DNA from: a virus
Lineage: Duplodnaviria > Caudoviricetes
Length of the DNA: 38,890 nt
Virus record (IMG/VR): IMGVR_UViG_3300033067_001880
Span: 1 to 38,890 of that record
Reading direction: 5' to 3' (one strand)
Position 1 is the stretch's first letter; each line of letters opens with the position of its first letter. This document shows, piece after piece, positions 8,122 to 16,972 of this stretch. The position numbers and the translations under genes are program-made. Under the pieces are notes generated by a model. It worked only from the letters and a program-made list of their open reading frames with translations, was not told the DNA's origin and ran no database searches.

Positions 8122-9793
8122 TGTTAAAAATGCCTCTTTCTTCGGCCCAAATAATCCTTCTATCATGGCGCAACAGCGTCAAATAGAGCAATCAAAAGCG
8201 TTGGCTGATGCCTTAAGCAAAGCAGGCTCAGAACAGTCACAGACGGAGTTTGCGGGCGGCATCGCTGTGCCGCAATCCCCTATGGTTGGGCTGGGGAAGA
8301 TGGCTCAGGTGCTTGCAGGTGCATATATTAATAAGAAAAATCAAGATTCCGCTGATAAAATGGCAATAGATAGCTGGAACGCTAGGCAGGCGCTTTTTGG
8401 GGCGACTCCCTACGCTTCGCCGCAAGCGGATAATTCACCATCATTGCTTGGCAGCCTGCTAACACCTTCTGGTGGCGTCGATACTGGCACCTCTCAAGGA
8501 ACTGGCGCTGCCTATGCACCTCCGCAGCCAAACGAGGCGATACCCTCGACAGATTTGCCGCCGAATGCCGGACAGCAGCTAGCAACCGCATTGCAGCCAG
8601 CGCAGCAGCCGTTACTTGGTCTTGAGGGCATGACGCCAGATCAAGCAAGTATGATTTACGGCACTGACCCGGAATTATTCCGTCAAATGTACAGCAACCA
8701 GCATCATTACACTGACCAGATGCTTAATGATAGATATATCGGAATTACACCGCCTGCTCGTCGTAGCTTAATAATGGCTAGTGGCGCAAAAGATTTAGGC
8801 GTTTCGGGCGGGATGCCGAATATTGATAATAGCGGGAACATGACTGTGACGCCAATTCCCGGCGCGGCAGAAACAAACGCAGGGTTCCAAAGCGCGGCTA
8901 CTGCTGCGCAGGAATCGGCGAAGGCGGGATATGATTTGATAGACGTATCAATGCCAGATGGGACAACAAGAAAAATGACTCGTGGCCAAGCAGCCAATTT
9001 AGCAAAAACTCCCGCCCCTCAGGCTGCGCAAACAACTGCTCCCATGTCACCAGAAAAAGCAGCGACAACAATTTCACTATTTGATCCGCAGTCCGCACCG
9101 GGCATTCCAGTAATGAGCGAAATAGAAAGAGCGTCGCAAAATGCCCTTAACAATGATTTTGTCGATAAATCATACAGGCCTACGCTTGATGCCGGAGCTA
9201 ACGCAAGGGCGAGCAACCAGCAGTTAGAGGCACTCGAAAAATTAGATATTACTGGCGATACGGGCTGGGGCACGGATACGAAAACCAAAGCAGCGAATGT
9301 GTTGACTAGCCTTGGTCTTAGTGGGGAAGAAGCAACTAAAAATGCGGGGTCTGCTCAAGTATTCCGCAGCATTGTTTCGACACGTGTTAATGACCGCCTT
9401 ATGCAACAAAAGGGGCCACAAACCGATCAGGATGCCTTGCGCGCGCGCGAGATTGAGGCACAACTTGGCAACAGGCCGGAAGCCAATAAATTTATTATTA
9501 GTTTGGCTAAAGCAACCAATAACTTGGCACAAGAAAAAGCCAAATTCTATTCTGAAAACGCACCAAAATATAAAAATGATATGTCCAGAGTTGAGGCTGA
9601 ATGGCAAAAGCAAGCGCCATCAATTTGGAGCGACCCGGTGCTTAAAGATTGGGGGAATATCAAGAAAACCGCGCCTGAAAACGAGGGCGTCCAACCAGCA
9701 AAAAGGCCGATGCCTAAAATTGGGGATGTTATTGATGGGCATATTTATAAAGGCGGGAATCCAAACGACCCTAAAAGCTGGGGGGCGCAGTGA
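8114..9793 (+). CDS. DNA ejection protein 2
   Basis: 559 aa Ala/Gln/Pro-rich; KGPQTDQD motif; C-terminal GDVIDGHIYKGGNPNDPKSW; synteny. Confidence 0.6.
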   Translation: MANVKNASFFGPNNPSIMAQQRQIEQSKALADALSKAGSEQSQTEFAGGIAVPQSPMVGLGKMAQVLAGAYINKKNQDSADKMAIDSWNARQALFGATPYASPQADNSPSLLGSLLTPSGGVDTGTSQGTGAAYAPPQPNEAIPSTDLPPNAGQQLATALQPAQQPLLGLEGMTPDQASMIYGTDPELFRQMYSNQHHYTDQMLNDRYIGITPPARRSLIMASGAKDLGVSGGMPNIDNSGNMTVTPIPGAAETNAGFQSAATAAQESAKAGYDLIDVSMPDGTTRKMTRGQAANLAKTPAPQAAQTTAPMSPEKAATTISLFDPQSAPGIPVMSEIERASQNALNNDFVDKSYRPTLDAGANARASNQQLEALEKLDITGDTGWGTDTKTKAANVLTSLGLSGEEATKNAGSAQVFRSIVSTRVNDRLMQQKGPQTDQDALRAREIEAQLGNRPEANKFIISLAKATNNLAQEKAKFYSENAPKYKNDMSRVEAEWQKQAPSIWSDPVLKDWGNIKKTAPENEGVQPAKRPMPKIGDVIDGHIYKGGNPNDPKSWGAQ

Positions 9794-11367
9794 ACCCGTG
9801 GGAAGCGCAATATGACACGCCTAAAGCGGCCCCCTGGGAAGCGCAATATGACGTTCCCGCGCCTTCTTTTGGTCAGCAATTAGGGCGTTCATTCGGGCTA
9901 GCTGGTAGGGATGCGTTGAATGCGTTTGGCGGCACTGTTGGCTTGGCATATGACCCGCTCGCTGCACTAGAAAACAATATTTTTGGCAGCAATGTTAGGC
10001 CGCTACGAACGCAAACCGATGAATTGGCGAGCGATATAGGGCTTCCTAAGCCAGAAAATAGTGTCGAGCGCATTGCTTCTGGCGCAACGGAGGGGACGCT
10101 TGGCGCTTTAGGAACGATGGGCGCTGGCGGATTATTGAAGTCTGCTGCTGGCCCAATAACAAGTGCCGTAGGTGATGCGATGACGCAATTGCCTATGCTG
10201 CAAATGACTTCTGGTGCCACTTCTGGCGCGGCTGGGCCTGCAATAAAAGATATTGGCGGCAATGAATACGCGCAGGCCGCCGGGTCGTTGGCGGCTGGTA
10301 TGCTTCCTTACGCGGCTTCCTACTCGCTGCGTGGCAATGTATCGCCAGAAGTAAAGGCATCCGCCGAGCGCTTAATGGATGAGGGCATTCAGCCAAGATT
10401 ATCGCAATTAAGCGATAGCAAGGTGCTGAAAACAATAGATTCAGTTTTACCTAATATACCATTTTCTGGAGCTACAGCTTCTCAAAATGCACAAAAGCAG
10501 GCAGTTACTCGTGCACTAACAAGTAAATTTGGCGAACCTATGGATACGCTTTCGCCGATAAATCTTGGCAATGCGCAGGCGGATTTAGGCAACCAATATA
10601 CTGAGCTTTTGAAGGACCGCGCTTCTTATATGGGGGATTTGCCGCAAGCATTGCAGGAAAAACTAGCTGCATTGGGCAAGCAGACGGACGCAGGCGGAAG
10701 GCAGTTTTTGCAAGAGCAGGCCAATAATATTTTGGAAAACGTGTCGCCTCAAAACGTTATGAGTGGGCCTGAATATCAAGCCGCTCGCATTAATTTGAAG
10801 GCAGCCAGAAGCACTAATCCTTTAGTGCGGGAATTGCAAAATGTGCTAGACGAATCTTTCCGTCGCGGTGCAGGTGAGGATGTTGCTGGCCAGCTCTCAA
10901 ATATTGATAAAAAATATCAAGCGTTAAAAATTACCGAAAATATCGCCAAACAGTTACAAAATACTGGCGCTCGTATGGATGGGGTTGTCAATCCCGGTTC
11001 AGTTTATACGCAGGCAAAGATGGCTATCCCCGATATCGCAAGAGGCGGCGGCGGTGATATGGGGCAATTTGCCAACGATGTTTCATTGTTACGCGAAACA
11101 ATACCAGATACGGGCACAGCCGGGCGTACAGCGCTGCTTTCCGCGCTTGCTGGCGGTGGTACTGCCGCATATTTCAATCCGGCCACTGCGCCTTATGCTT
11201 TGGGGGCAGGCTTGGCAGGGATAGGGCTGGCGCGGGGCGCAAATTCTGCAATGCAAAATCCATGGCTTGTGCGGCAGTATCTTAAAGATACGCCAGAAAA
11301 TGCGTTGGCTTTAGCATTGGCTTTATCGGCCAAAACGGGTGCACAACAATTACAGGGAGGCCAATAA
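9790..11367 (+). CDS. DNA ejection protein 3
   Basis: 525 aa Gly/Ala-rich with hydrophobic segments; N-terminal PWEAQYD twice; PDTGTAGR motif. Confidence 0.6.
   Translation: MNPWEAQYDTPKAAPWEAQYDVPAPSFGQQLGRSFGLAGRDALNAFGGTVGLAYDPLAALENNIFGSNVRPLRTQTDELASDIGLPKPENSVERIASGATEGTLGALGTMGAGGLLKSAAGPITSAVGDAMTQLPMLQMTSGATSGAAGPAIKDIGGNEYAQAAGSLAAGMLPYAASYSLRGNVSPEVKASAERLMDEGIQPRLSQLSDSKVLKTIDSVLPNIPFSGATASQNAQKQAVTRALTSKFGEPMDTLSPINLGNAQADLGNQYTELLKDRASYMGDLPQALQEKLAALGKQTDAGGRQFLQEQANNILENVSPQNVMSGPEYQAARINLKAARSTNPLVRELQNVLDESFRRGAGEDVAGQLSNIDKKYQALKITENIAKQLQNTGARMDGVVNPGSVYTQAKMAIPDIARGGGGDMGQFANDVSLLRETIPDTGTAGRTALLSALAGGGTAAYFNPATAPYALGAGLAGIGLARGANSAMQNPWLVRQYLKDTPENALALALALSAKTGAQQLQGGQ
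9796..9852 (+). repeat. Coding direct repeat (PWEAQYD x2)
   Basis: TGGGAAGCGCAATATGAC at 9799 and 9835. Confidence 0.9.
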
Positions 11368-11387
11368 TGGCTTTTAACGGCTCAGGT
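11367..11387 (+). pseudogene. Orphaned 5' end of the tail fibre gene (MAFNGSG)
   Basis: Translationally coupled ATG (TAATG) encoding MAFNGSG, matching MPYNGSG at 12070. Confidence 0.75.
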
Positions 11388-12023
11388 TGCTCGCCTCTTA
11401 CGCAAAACAGGCGTTTCTATAGCTTGTTCGATTGTCCATCCTGTGCGCAACCTTTCATTAAAAGTATTGCGAGAAATTCCAAGTTTTATAGCCCATTCGG
11501 TAATAGTAAGGGACACCCCCCTGTATTCGATTATTTTATTCCTTCTTGTATTAAACATTTGCTCTTTTCTGGTGGCCCATCTGCAATTAGACGGCTCATA
11601 ATTTCCGCTGGTGTTAATTCTATCAAGGGTCATTCCCGGCTCTGGCTTGCCAAGGTCGGCAAAAAAATTTACAAAATCATGCCACCGTTCGCACATTTTA
11701 ATGCCTCTGCCGCCGTAGTAAGAATAGGCTGGATTTTTCTCATTATAGCATCTTTGTTTTATGCCGTTCCATATACCATAGAGCGGAGTTTTACTCATGC
11801 TGTGAGTAGCATTGGCCGCGTGAAGCTTTTTCGCTCGTTCGCTAGATTTTTTATTTCGCAAACAACCGCAAGAAGTAATCTTAAAATTCTTAAGATGGTC
11901 TCTTCTTATTTGCTTAATATTCCCACACTGACACTTGCAAAGAGCATAACGCCCTGTCGTGAGGATTGTAAGATTACCAATAATGGAACCGATAATCAGC
12001 TTGTTAATTTCTTTTCTAGGCAT
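11382..12023 (-). CDS. Free-standing HNH homing endonuclease, antisense to the structural operon
   Basis: CKCQCG...TSCGC zinc motif, YGGRGIKMCERW, TLDRINTSGNYEPSNCRWAT, C-terminal HTH-like TITEWAIKLGI; AT-rich. Confidence 0.9.
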   Translation of the reverse strand: MPRKEINKLIIGSIIGNLTILTTGRYALCKCQCGNIKQIRRDHLKNFKITSCGCLRNKKSSERAKKLHAANATHSMSKTPLYGIWNGIKQRCYNEKNPAYSYYGGRGIKMCERWHDFVNFFADLGKPEPGMTLDRINTSGNYEPSNCRWATRKEQMFNTRRNKIIEYRGVSLTITEWAIKLGISRNTFNERLRTGWTIEQAIETPVLRKRRAT

Positions 12024-12030
12024 GGAAAAG

Positions 12031-12059
12031 ATAATAGCGCCTATTTTACCAATTGTAAA
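12031..12059 (-). promoter_or_regulatory. sigma70-like promoter giving a probable leaderless HNH mRNA
   Basis: Minus strand TTTACA-N17-TATTAT-N7-ATG; no SD before the ATG. Confidence 0.6.
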
Positions 12060-12069
12060 GGAGAATTGT

Positions 12070-13182
12070 ATGCCTTATAATGGCAGCGGGGTTTTTTCTC
12101 GATTATACTCGTGGACAAGCGACAAAAACGCAGGAATTAACATCCGTGCAGACCGCATGGATAATGAAACCGATGGCATTGCTACGGGGTTAAGCAATTG
12201 CGTCACTCGTGATGGGCAGTCGCCTGCGCTGGCGAACCTCCCAATGGGCGGGTACAGTCACACAAACGTAGGAACCGGCACTGCGCGCAACCAATACGCC
12301 AACATGGGGCAAGCTCAGGACGATGTGCTAAACTGGGTAGCTGCTGGGGGCACAGTAGATGCCATCACTGCAACCTATTCTCCATCCATCACGGCACTAG
12401 TAGATGGTCAACTTTGTGCTTTTCGCGCATCTGGTGCTAACACAAGCACTACTCCAACATTTTCGCCGAATGGATTGACGGCGCGCACTATTACCAAGCA
12501 GGGAGGCTCTGCATTGCTGGCGGGCGATATACCGGCTGCCAATGCTGAGGTAGAATTGCGGTATAACTTGGCTAATACGCGCTGGGAAATCTTAAATGTA
12601 AAGCCTCCCACAGTATTTGCCGATAACGTATTCCGCATTCAAGATAACGGCGATGCAACAAAGCAGATTGCTTTTGAAGCTAGTGGCATCACGACGGCTA
12701 CTACGCGCACCGTAACGATGCCGGATGCAAACCTAACGATGGTTGGCACCGATACGGCGCAGACGCTCACCAACAAAACATTTGCTGTCGCCAGTAACAC
12801 TTTTAGCATGGCTCCAATTACCAATTCTCTGGGGGCGGACGTATCTCTTAACAATACCGGAAGCTATTTCGATGGGCCGAGCATTGCTCAAGGAACATCG
12901 GGCACATGGTTCGTTAGCGGCAGCGTGAATATTACCGACACGGCTGGCGCAGCGGCTTATATCATCAAATTACACGATGGCACTACTACTATTTCTTCTA
13001 CTACAGAAACAGGAGAGAGCGCCAATAATCTAAGGACAGTTACTTTGTCTGGTTTTATTCAGTCGCCAGCAGGCAACCTGCGCATATCAGTACGTGACAC
13101 GAGCAGCACCAGCGGTAAAATATTGTTTAACCAATCTGGCTTCAGCAAAGATTCCACCATTTCAGCGATAAGGATTGCGTAA
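12070..13182 (+). CDS. Tail fibre/spike protein
   Basis: Start revised to ATG 12070 (SD AAAGGAGA); MPYNGSGVF...GLSNCVTRDGQ anchor, TDTAQTLTNKT fibre motif. Confidence 0.75.
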   Translation: MPYNGSGVFSRLYSWTSDKNAGINIRADRMDNETDGIATGLSNCVTRDGQSPALANLPMGGYSHTNVGTGTARNQYANMGQAQDDVLNWVAAGGTVDAITATYSPSITALVDGQLCAFRASGANTSTTPTFSPNGLTARTITKQGGSALLAGDIPAANAEVELRYNLANTRWEILNVKPPTVFADNVFRIQDNGDATKQIAFEASGITTATTRTVTMPDANLTMVGTDTAQTLTNKTFAVASNTFSMAPITNSLGADVSLNNTGSYFDGPSIAQGTSGTWFVSGSVNITDTAGAAAYIIKLHDGTTTISSTTETGESANNLRTVTLSGFIQSPAGNLRISVRDTSSTSGKILFNQSGFSKDSTISAIRIA

Positions 13183-14015
13183 TGGCAACGATGCCCCTGA
13201 ATGTTTATCTAACCCACACCGATAACGGCCAAAGCGTGCATGCGCAAGGCTGGATGGGCGGCGATATTATGTTGTGGAATCCGGCTGCTTCGCTTTATGA
13301 GGTGCACAGCATAGGGTTCAACGGGGTAATCCAGCACTGTTTTAACAACACTGCGTTTGTGGATGGAACAGCTAACCAATCCTTAGTAAACGGCAAGCAT
13401 TACTACGTGTATATGTTTTCGAATGCAGGCACGCCCACCATCAATTTTATTTCCTCTCTTCCTTCCAGCCGCTATGATTTCACGTCGGATGGCTACCCAA
13501 TAAAAACCGACAGCCAAGGCAATAAATGCACCCTTCTTGGTGCTGTAAGCCCCGTTTCTGGGAATATAGGAAATATCATGGGCGGTCAGGGTGCCAGAGT
13601 GGTGACGGTTAGCTCGCCGTGGGGCGCTAAACGGCAAACACTGCCATGCAATGCTGGCGAAATCGGCAAGTTAGTGACCAGTACCAGCTATGCAGAAATT
13701 ACCGAAATGAGCATTATTGCCTGTAGCTGGGCATGGGAGGGCGCTACATCGCATATTGCAGGCCGCATCGCTGAAAATTCCGGGCTTCCGGCATTATTTA
13801 TTCAGCCATTCGCTAAAAACCTCGTAACGAACGATATGTATTACGGCGCAACGGTTATTGCACAGTTCTCCTATCATGGCTTCAACATCCCCTATGCAGG
13901 CAACGGCGTTGAGTTAGCGCTGGATGACGGTGTTTATAAATTTGGTATAATGGCAAAGGTGACAAATGGCGCATGCCAATTGACGCTTGAGCATGTTGTT
14001 AATAGTTTGTTGTAG
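13182..14015 (+). CDS. Second tail/receptor-binding protein
   Basis: 277 aa beta-rich, coupled to the fibre gene; HYYVYM motif typical of fibre domains. Confidence 0.55.
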   Translation: MATMPLNVYLTHTDNGQSVHAQGWMGGDIMLWNPAASLYEVHSIGFNGVIQHCFNNTAFVDGTANQSLVNGKHYYVYMFSNAGTPTINFISSLPSSRYDFTSDGYPIKTDSQGNKCTLLGAVSPVSGNIGNIMGGQGARVVTVSSPWGAKRQTLPCNAGEIGKLVTSTSYAEITEMSIIACSWAWEGATSHIAGRIAENSGLPALFIQPFAKNLVTNDMYYGATVIAQFSYHGFNIPYAGNGVELALDDGVYKFGIMAKVTNGACQLTLEHVVNSLL

Positions 14016-14354
14016 GTGGACTTTATGGAAACATCGCAGGGAAAAGAATTTTTATCATTCCTCGTGGATAACGTGAAGGAAATTCGCACCATTTTAGAAG
14101 ATACGCGCGACGAAGTGTATAAAATAAATACCACTTTAACAGTGACCACTGAAAAAGTCACCGCATTGGCTGATTACCAAAAAGAAATGAATGGTAAAGT
14201 TGGAAAAAACAGCAACCGAATAGCGGCGTTGGAACTATGGAAAGAAAAACAGGCCGGAATATCTGTTGGCAGAATGAGCGTGGTCGCCTTAGTCGCGTCA
14301 TTGGCTGGCTTTTTCGGGTGGACAGCAATTCAAGCGTGGATATTAGGCACATGA
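14016..14354 (+). CDS. Coiled-coil protein with C-terminal TM helix (holin/antiholin-like)
   Basis: First gene of the lysis cassette; hydrophobic C-terminus; start may be ATG 14025. Confidence 0.55.
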   Translation: MDFMETSQGKEFLSFLVDNVKEIRTILEDTRDEVYKINTTLTVTTEKVTALADYQKEMNGKVGKNSNRIAALELWKEKQAGISVGRMSVVALVASLAGFFGWTAIQAWILGT

Positions 14355-14761
14355 ACGAAATCAACATACACCGCATACAATCCGACGAATACGGAACCTT
14401 TGGTGTATGGACGGACGCTAATGGTAAAAAGCTATGCGTCACAACGGAACGCCCACCTACAGGTGACCATCCATGCATTCCGAAGAATCAATACCGCTGG
14501 AAGAAGTTTTTTAGCCCGCACAACGGCGAATGTTTGCTGTTGATGGATGTGCCGGGACGCACGTTTATAGAAGTACATAGCGCGAACGTCTGGCAGCAAT
14601 TATTGGGGTGTATAGCGGTGGGTGCAGCGTTTGATTATTTTACTGGCAAAACCAAGGACGGCACCACCTACACGAACCAAAAAGGCGTCACCCATTCCAA
14701 GGATACGCTTAAATACCTTTTGTCGATACTTCCCGAAACTGGTAGTATGGTGATAACATGA
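14351..14761 (+). CDS. DUF5675-family putative endolysin
   Basis: Start revised to ATG 14351; GTFG...CVTTERP...CIP...DVPGRTFIEVHSAN...LLGCIAVG. Confidence 0.75.
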   Translation: MNEINIHRIQSDEYGTFGVWTDANGKKLCVTTERPPTGDHPCIPKNQYRWKKFFSPHNGECLLLMDVPGRTFIEVHSANVWQQLLGCIAVGAAFDYFTGKTKDGTTYTNQKGVTHSKDTLKYLLSILPETGSMVIT

Positions 14762-15006
14762 ATAAATTTCTAAAAGATTGCCTGACCGAAATTGATGGGG
14801 AAAGCTATGACGTTGCGCGCATTTTATTTATTGCTGGCGTGGTATGTTTTCTCGGGCTTGCTTGTTTTCATGTTATATTCTTAAGGCATGATTTTGATGC
14901 GATAGGCTACGGTACAGGCCTTGGCGGCTTGTTGGGTGGTGGCGGGGCTGGGATTGGCCTGCGCGGCAAGATGGAGGGCGGAAGTGGCGGAAGTTCTAAT
15001 ATTTGA
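14758..15006 (+). CDS. Putative holin
   Basis: 82 aa; one clear TM helix plus a Gly-rich hydrophobic segment; next to the endolysin. Confidence 0.55.
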   Translation: MNKFLKDCLTEIDGESYDVARILFIAGVVCFLGLACFHVIFLRHDFDAIGYGTGLGGLLGGGGAGIGLRGKMEGGSGGSSNI

Positions 15007-15199
15007 TGGCATAACCCGCCTTGATTACCCAGTTGAGCGTGTGTTAGACGCTGCTAAGGGATGTGCAGAGGTGGTTGTTGTGGGGTTTGACGCCGAAGGG
15101 AAGTTTTACTTTTCTTCTAGCAAAGCAAATGGCCCCGATGCTTTATGGCTTCTCGAATTAGCTAAAAAGCGACTCATGGATATAGGTAGCGGATGTTAG
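14984..15199 (+). CDS. Hypothetical phage protein
   Basis: GTG 14984 with GGAGG upstream; GITRLDYPVERVL...VVVVG...YFSSS...LWLLE. Confidence 0.55.
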   Translation: MAEVLIFDGITRLDYPVERVLDAAKGCAEVVVVGFDAEGKFYFSSSKANGPDALWLLELAKKRLMDIGSGC

Positions 15200-15468
15200 G
15201 TATAATTAGCGCATTTATCGGTCAATATACACGATACATCGAGTATGGCATTCTTTTGGCCATTTTAGCGCTAACGTACTATGCGGGCTACCATACAAGG
15301 GTTGTGCTAGACAAAGCCGCAGATAGCGAAAAAACCACGACTATCATTCAATCCATCCCGCAGATCATACACGAAACCCAAACCATAACCCGAGTGGTAC
15401 ACGATGCGAATGATTCATGCACTCATGCTGCTATCCCTGCTGGCGTTCTTGCCGAGTTGCGCAAGTAG
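15193..15468 (+). CDS. i-spanin (Rz-like)
   Basis: N-terminal TM helix, C-terminal Cys, overlaps a lipoprotein ORF. Confidence 0.7.
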   Translation: MLGIISAFIGQYTRYIEYGILLAILALTYYAGYHTRVVLDKAADSEKTTTIIQSIPQIIHETQTITRVVHDANDSCTHAAIPAGVLAELRK

Positions 15469-15574
15469 CAGTGTTACTTGTCCGAAGCGCCCTCCGTTTG
15501 AGGGGCAGACGTGGGGTGACGTAGCCGTTTATCTTCGTCAGCTGGAAGTTCTGTACGATGCATGCGCGAGTTAA
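15404..15574 (+). CDS. o-spanin lipoprotein (Rz1-like), 56 aa, not in ORF track
   Basis: MRMIHALMLLSLLAFLPS|CASSSVTCPKRPPFEGQTWGDV...YDACAS; lipobox LPSC; overlaps the i-spanin 3' end in another frame. Confidence 0.8.
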   Translation: MRMIHALMLLSLLAFLPSCASSSVTCPKRPPFEGQTWGDVAVYLRQLEVLYDACAS

Positions 15575-15619
15575 TTTATATCTTGAATTAGCGCAACAAT
15601 ATTGTTTTTTACGAATTCT

Positions 15620-15721
15620 TCATTTTCTTTTTCGATAATTTTTCTGTGCTCCTATGCACCCACTTAAACTACAACTCGGGAATGTCTTTTCAAACTCCGC
15701 CCTGCATTGCTCGTTACTCAT
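15620..15721 (-). pseudogene. Short ORF/remnant MSNEQCRAEFEK... (33 aa)
   Basis: Start shared by direct repeat with the upstream gene; short and at the operon end. Confidence 0.35.
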
Positions 15722-15946
15722 GATCGACACCTTTTCTTTTCGGGAAGTTCAAGTCCATAAATTGTTGCATTGCCAATAGATGTTTGCGCATAACGGCGCA
15801 CAATTCTTCGCAATCAGCCATTGCTCCCTCATAACTCATGGCCCAAAGGCGACGCTCGGATTCTAATTTTCTTACCTTCGCCAACGTTTTTTCGTGTTCG
15901 ATTTTCTGTGCTTTGTAGAGAGTTTTGTATTGCTCGTTACTCATGA
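15706..15946. repeat. 18-bp direct repeat ATTGCTCGTTACTCATGA flanking a gene
   Basis: Copies at 15706-15723 and 15929-15946. Confidence 0.9.
15714..15944 (-). CDS. Hypothetical coiled-coil protein
   Basis: 76 aa, overlapping start/stop with neighbours. Confidence 0.6.
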   Translation of the reverse strand: MSNEQYKTLYKAQKIEHEKTLAKVRKLESERRLWAMSYEGAMADCEELCAVMRKHLLAMQQFMDLNFPKRKGVDHE

Positions 15947-16440
15947 CCGGCCTCGTTGGTTGGTGATTGGTTGGTGGAGGGCGAACTTTCGTTACTACAT
16001 TCAGCCTTGAATGTTTCTGCGCCTGCCGTGCAAGCCGAACCCTCCATATCCTGCCGCAATGCGCCTGCTTGAACTAGGGCTTTACGCAAACGGCTTAGAT
16101 AGTTTCCGCCGCCCTTAATGTGCTTATTTGTTCTTCGCCAATGTAGATATTCATCGACCACATCTTCTAACCTTTCACCCTCATTAGCCGGGGATGGGAT
16201 GGATGCGCGAGTGTTCCAAGCGGATACGGCCTGTTTCTCATCGCGGCCAGTAACGGTAATAAAGGTGCGAGGGAGTTTGCCGTCTTTATTTTCGCACCAA
16301 TGTCTTATTTCCCAAGAGTACGGTTCCTGCGGTTTCCCGCTCATCGTAGGGCCACCAATATATTTACCTTGGCTATGCGTTTCGCCCGCTTTGCACATCG
16401 GACACGGTAACAATTTCACATCATCGTTATTTTGTGTCAT
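15937..16440 (-). CDS. Lar-like (restriction alleviation) zinc-finger protein
   Basis: Start MTQNND (SD GAGGAG); LLPCPMC...HWC...AVSAWNTRA signature. Confidence 0.65.
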   Translation of the reverse strand: MTQNNDDVKLLPCPMCKAGETHSQGKYIGGPTMSGKPQEPYSWEIRHWCENKDGKLPRTFITVTGRDEKQAVSAWNTRASIPSPANEGERLEDVVDEYLHWRRTNKHIKGGGNYLSRLRKALVQAGALRQDMEGSACTAGAETFKAECSNESSPSTNQSPTNEAGHE

Positions 16441-16585
16441 TGGCTTGCTCCTCATATAACTTTCGCAACCCATCCAGCGCTTCATCCAGCGTTGAATACG
16501 CCCATTGCCTCGGTATTAAACTGTTGCCCACGTTTTCTCGAATCAGAAAACCATGTGCAACTTTCGTTATTACATAATCACCCAT
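16427..16585 (-). CDS. Hypothetical protein, 52 aa (not in track)
   Basis: MGDYVITKVAHGFLIRE...WAYSTLDEALDGLRKLYEE; fills the operon gap. Confidence 0.6.
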   Translation of the reverse strand: MGDYVITKVAHGFLIRENVGNSLIPRQWAYSTLDEALDGLRKLYEEQANDTK

Positions 16586-16586
16586 C

Positions 16587-16802
16587 TCACACCCCCACTG
16601 CATCTTTGGTTTCTACAAACTTCTTCTTGTTTTTCGGCGTACACTGCCAATTCCACGCCGAATGCTTCTGCACCTTCTCGCGCACCGGCTCGCAGGCTTT
16701 GCACGACTCGAACTGGTATTGCTCGTTGTGCGGTGGCGTGACGACCATGTGGCCGAATGCCATGTGTGAGCCTAAAAGCAGGCATGTGATGGGGCTAGTC
16801 AT
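16587..16802 (-). CDS. Hypothetical Cys-containing protein
   Basis: MTSPITCLL..., SD GGAGGGG, ATGA overlap. Confidence 0.5.
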   Translation of the reverse strand: MTSPITCLLLGSHMAFGHMVVTPPHNEQYQFESCKACEPVREKVQKHSAWNWQCTPKNKKKFVETKDAVGV

Positions 16803-16972
16803 CTTCCCCTCCATAATGCGCGAATTAATGGGATTACTAAAGCTATAGCAATAGCCGCCCATAAAAAACCGAGTATGTCGAAACTAGTTACAGTGCAGTC
16901 ATCTTGGTAATATACCGATGCCCTCGTGAGCAGTTGCTCACAATATGGCGTATGTTGTGTATAGATTATCAT
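16799..16972 (-). CDS. Small membrane protein, 57 aa (not in track)
   Basis: MIIYTQH...ILGFLWAAIAIALVIPLIRALWRGR; TGATG coupling. Confidence 0.55.
   Translation of the reverse strand: MIIYTQHTPYCEQLLTRASVYYQDDCTVTSFDILGFLWAAIAIALVIPLIRALWRGR

Noticed and set aside
11367-12070. Group I intron in the tail gene
   Set aside because: The insert is almost all HNH coding sequence with no room for a ribozyme core, and the gene restarts with its own ATG and SD.
11367-12080. 237-aa plus-strand ORF
   Set aside because: Antisense shadow of the HNH gene; only the first seven codons are meaningful.
12070-14015. Diversity-generating retroelement or invertible tail switch
   Set aside because: No reverse transcriptase, invertase or template/variable repeat pair seen.
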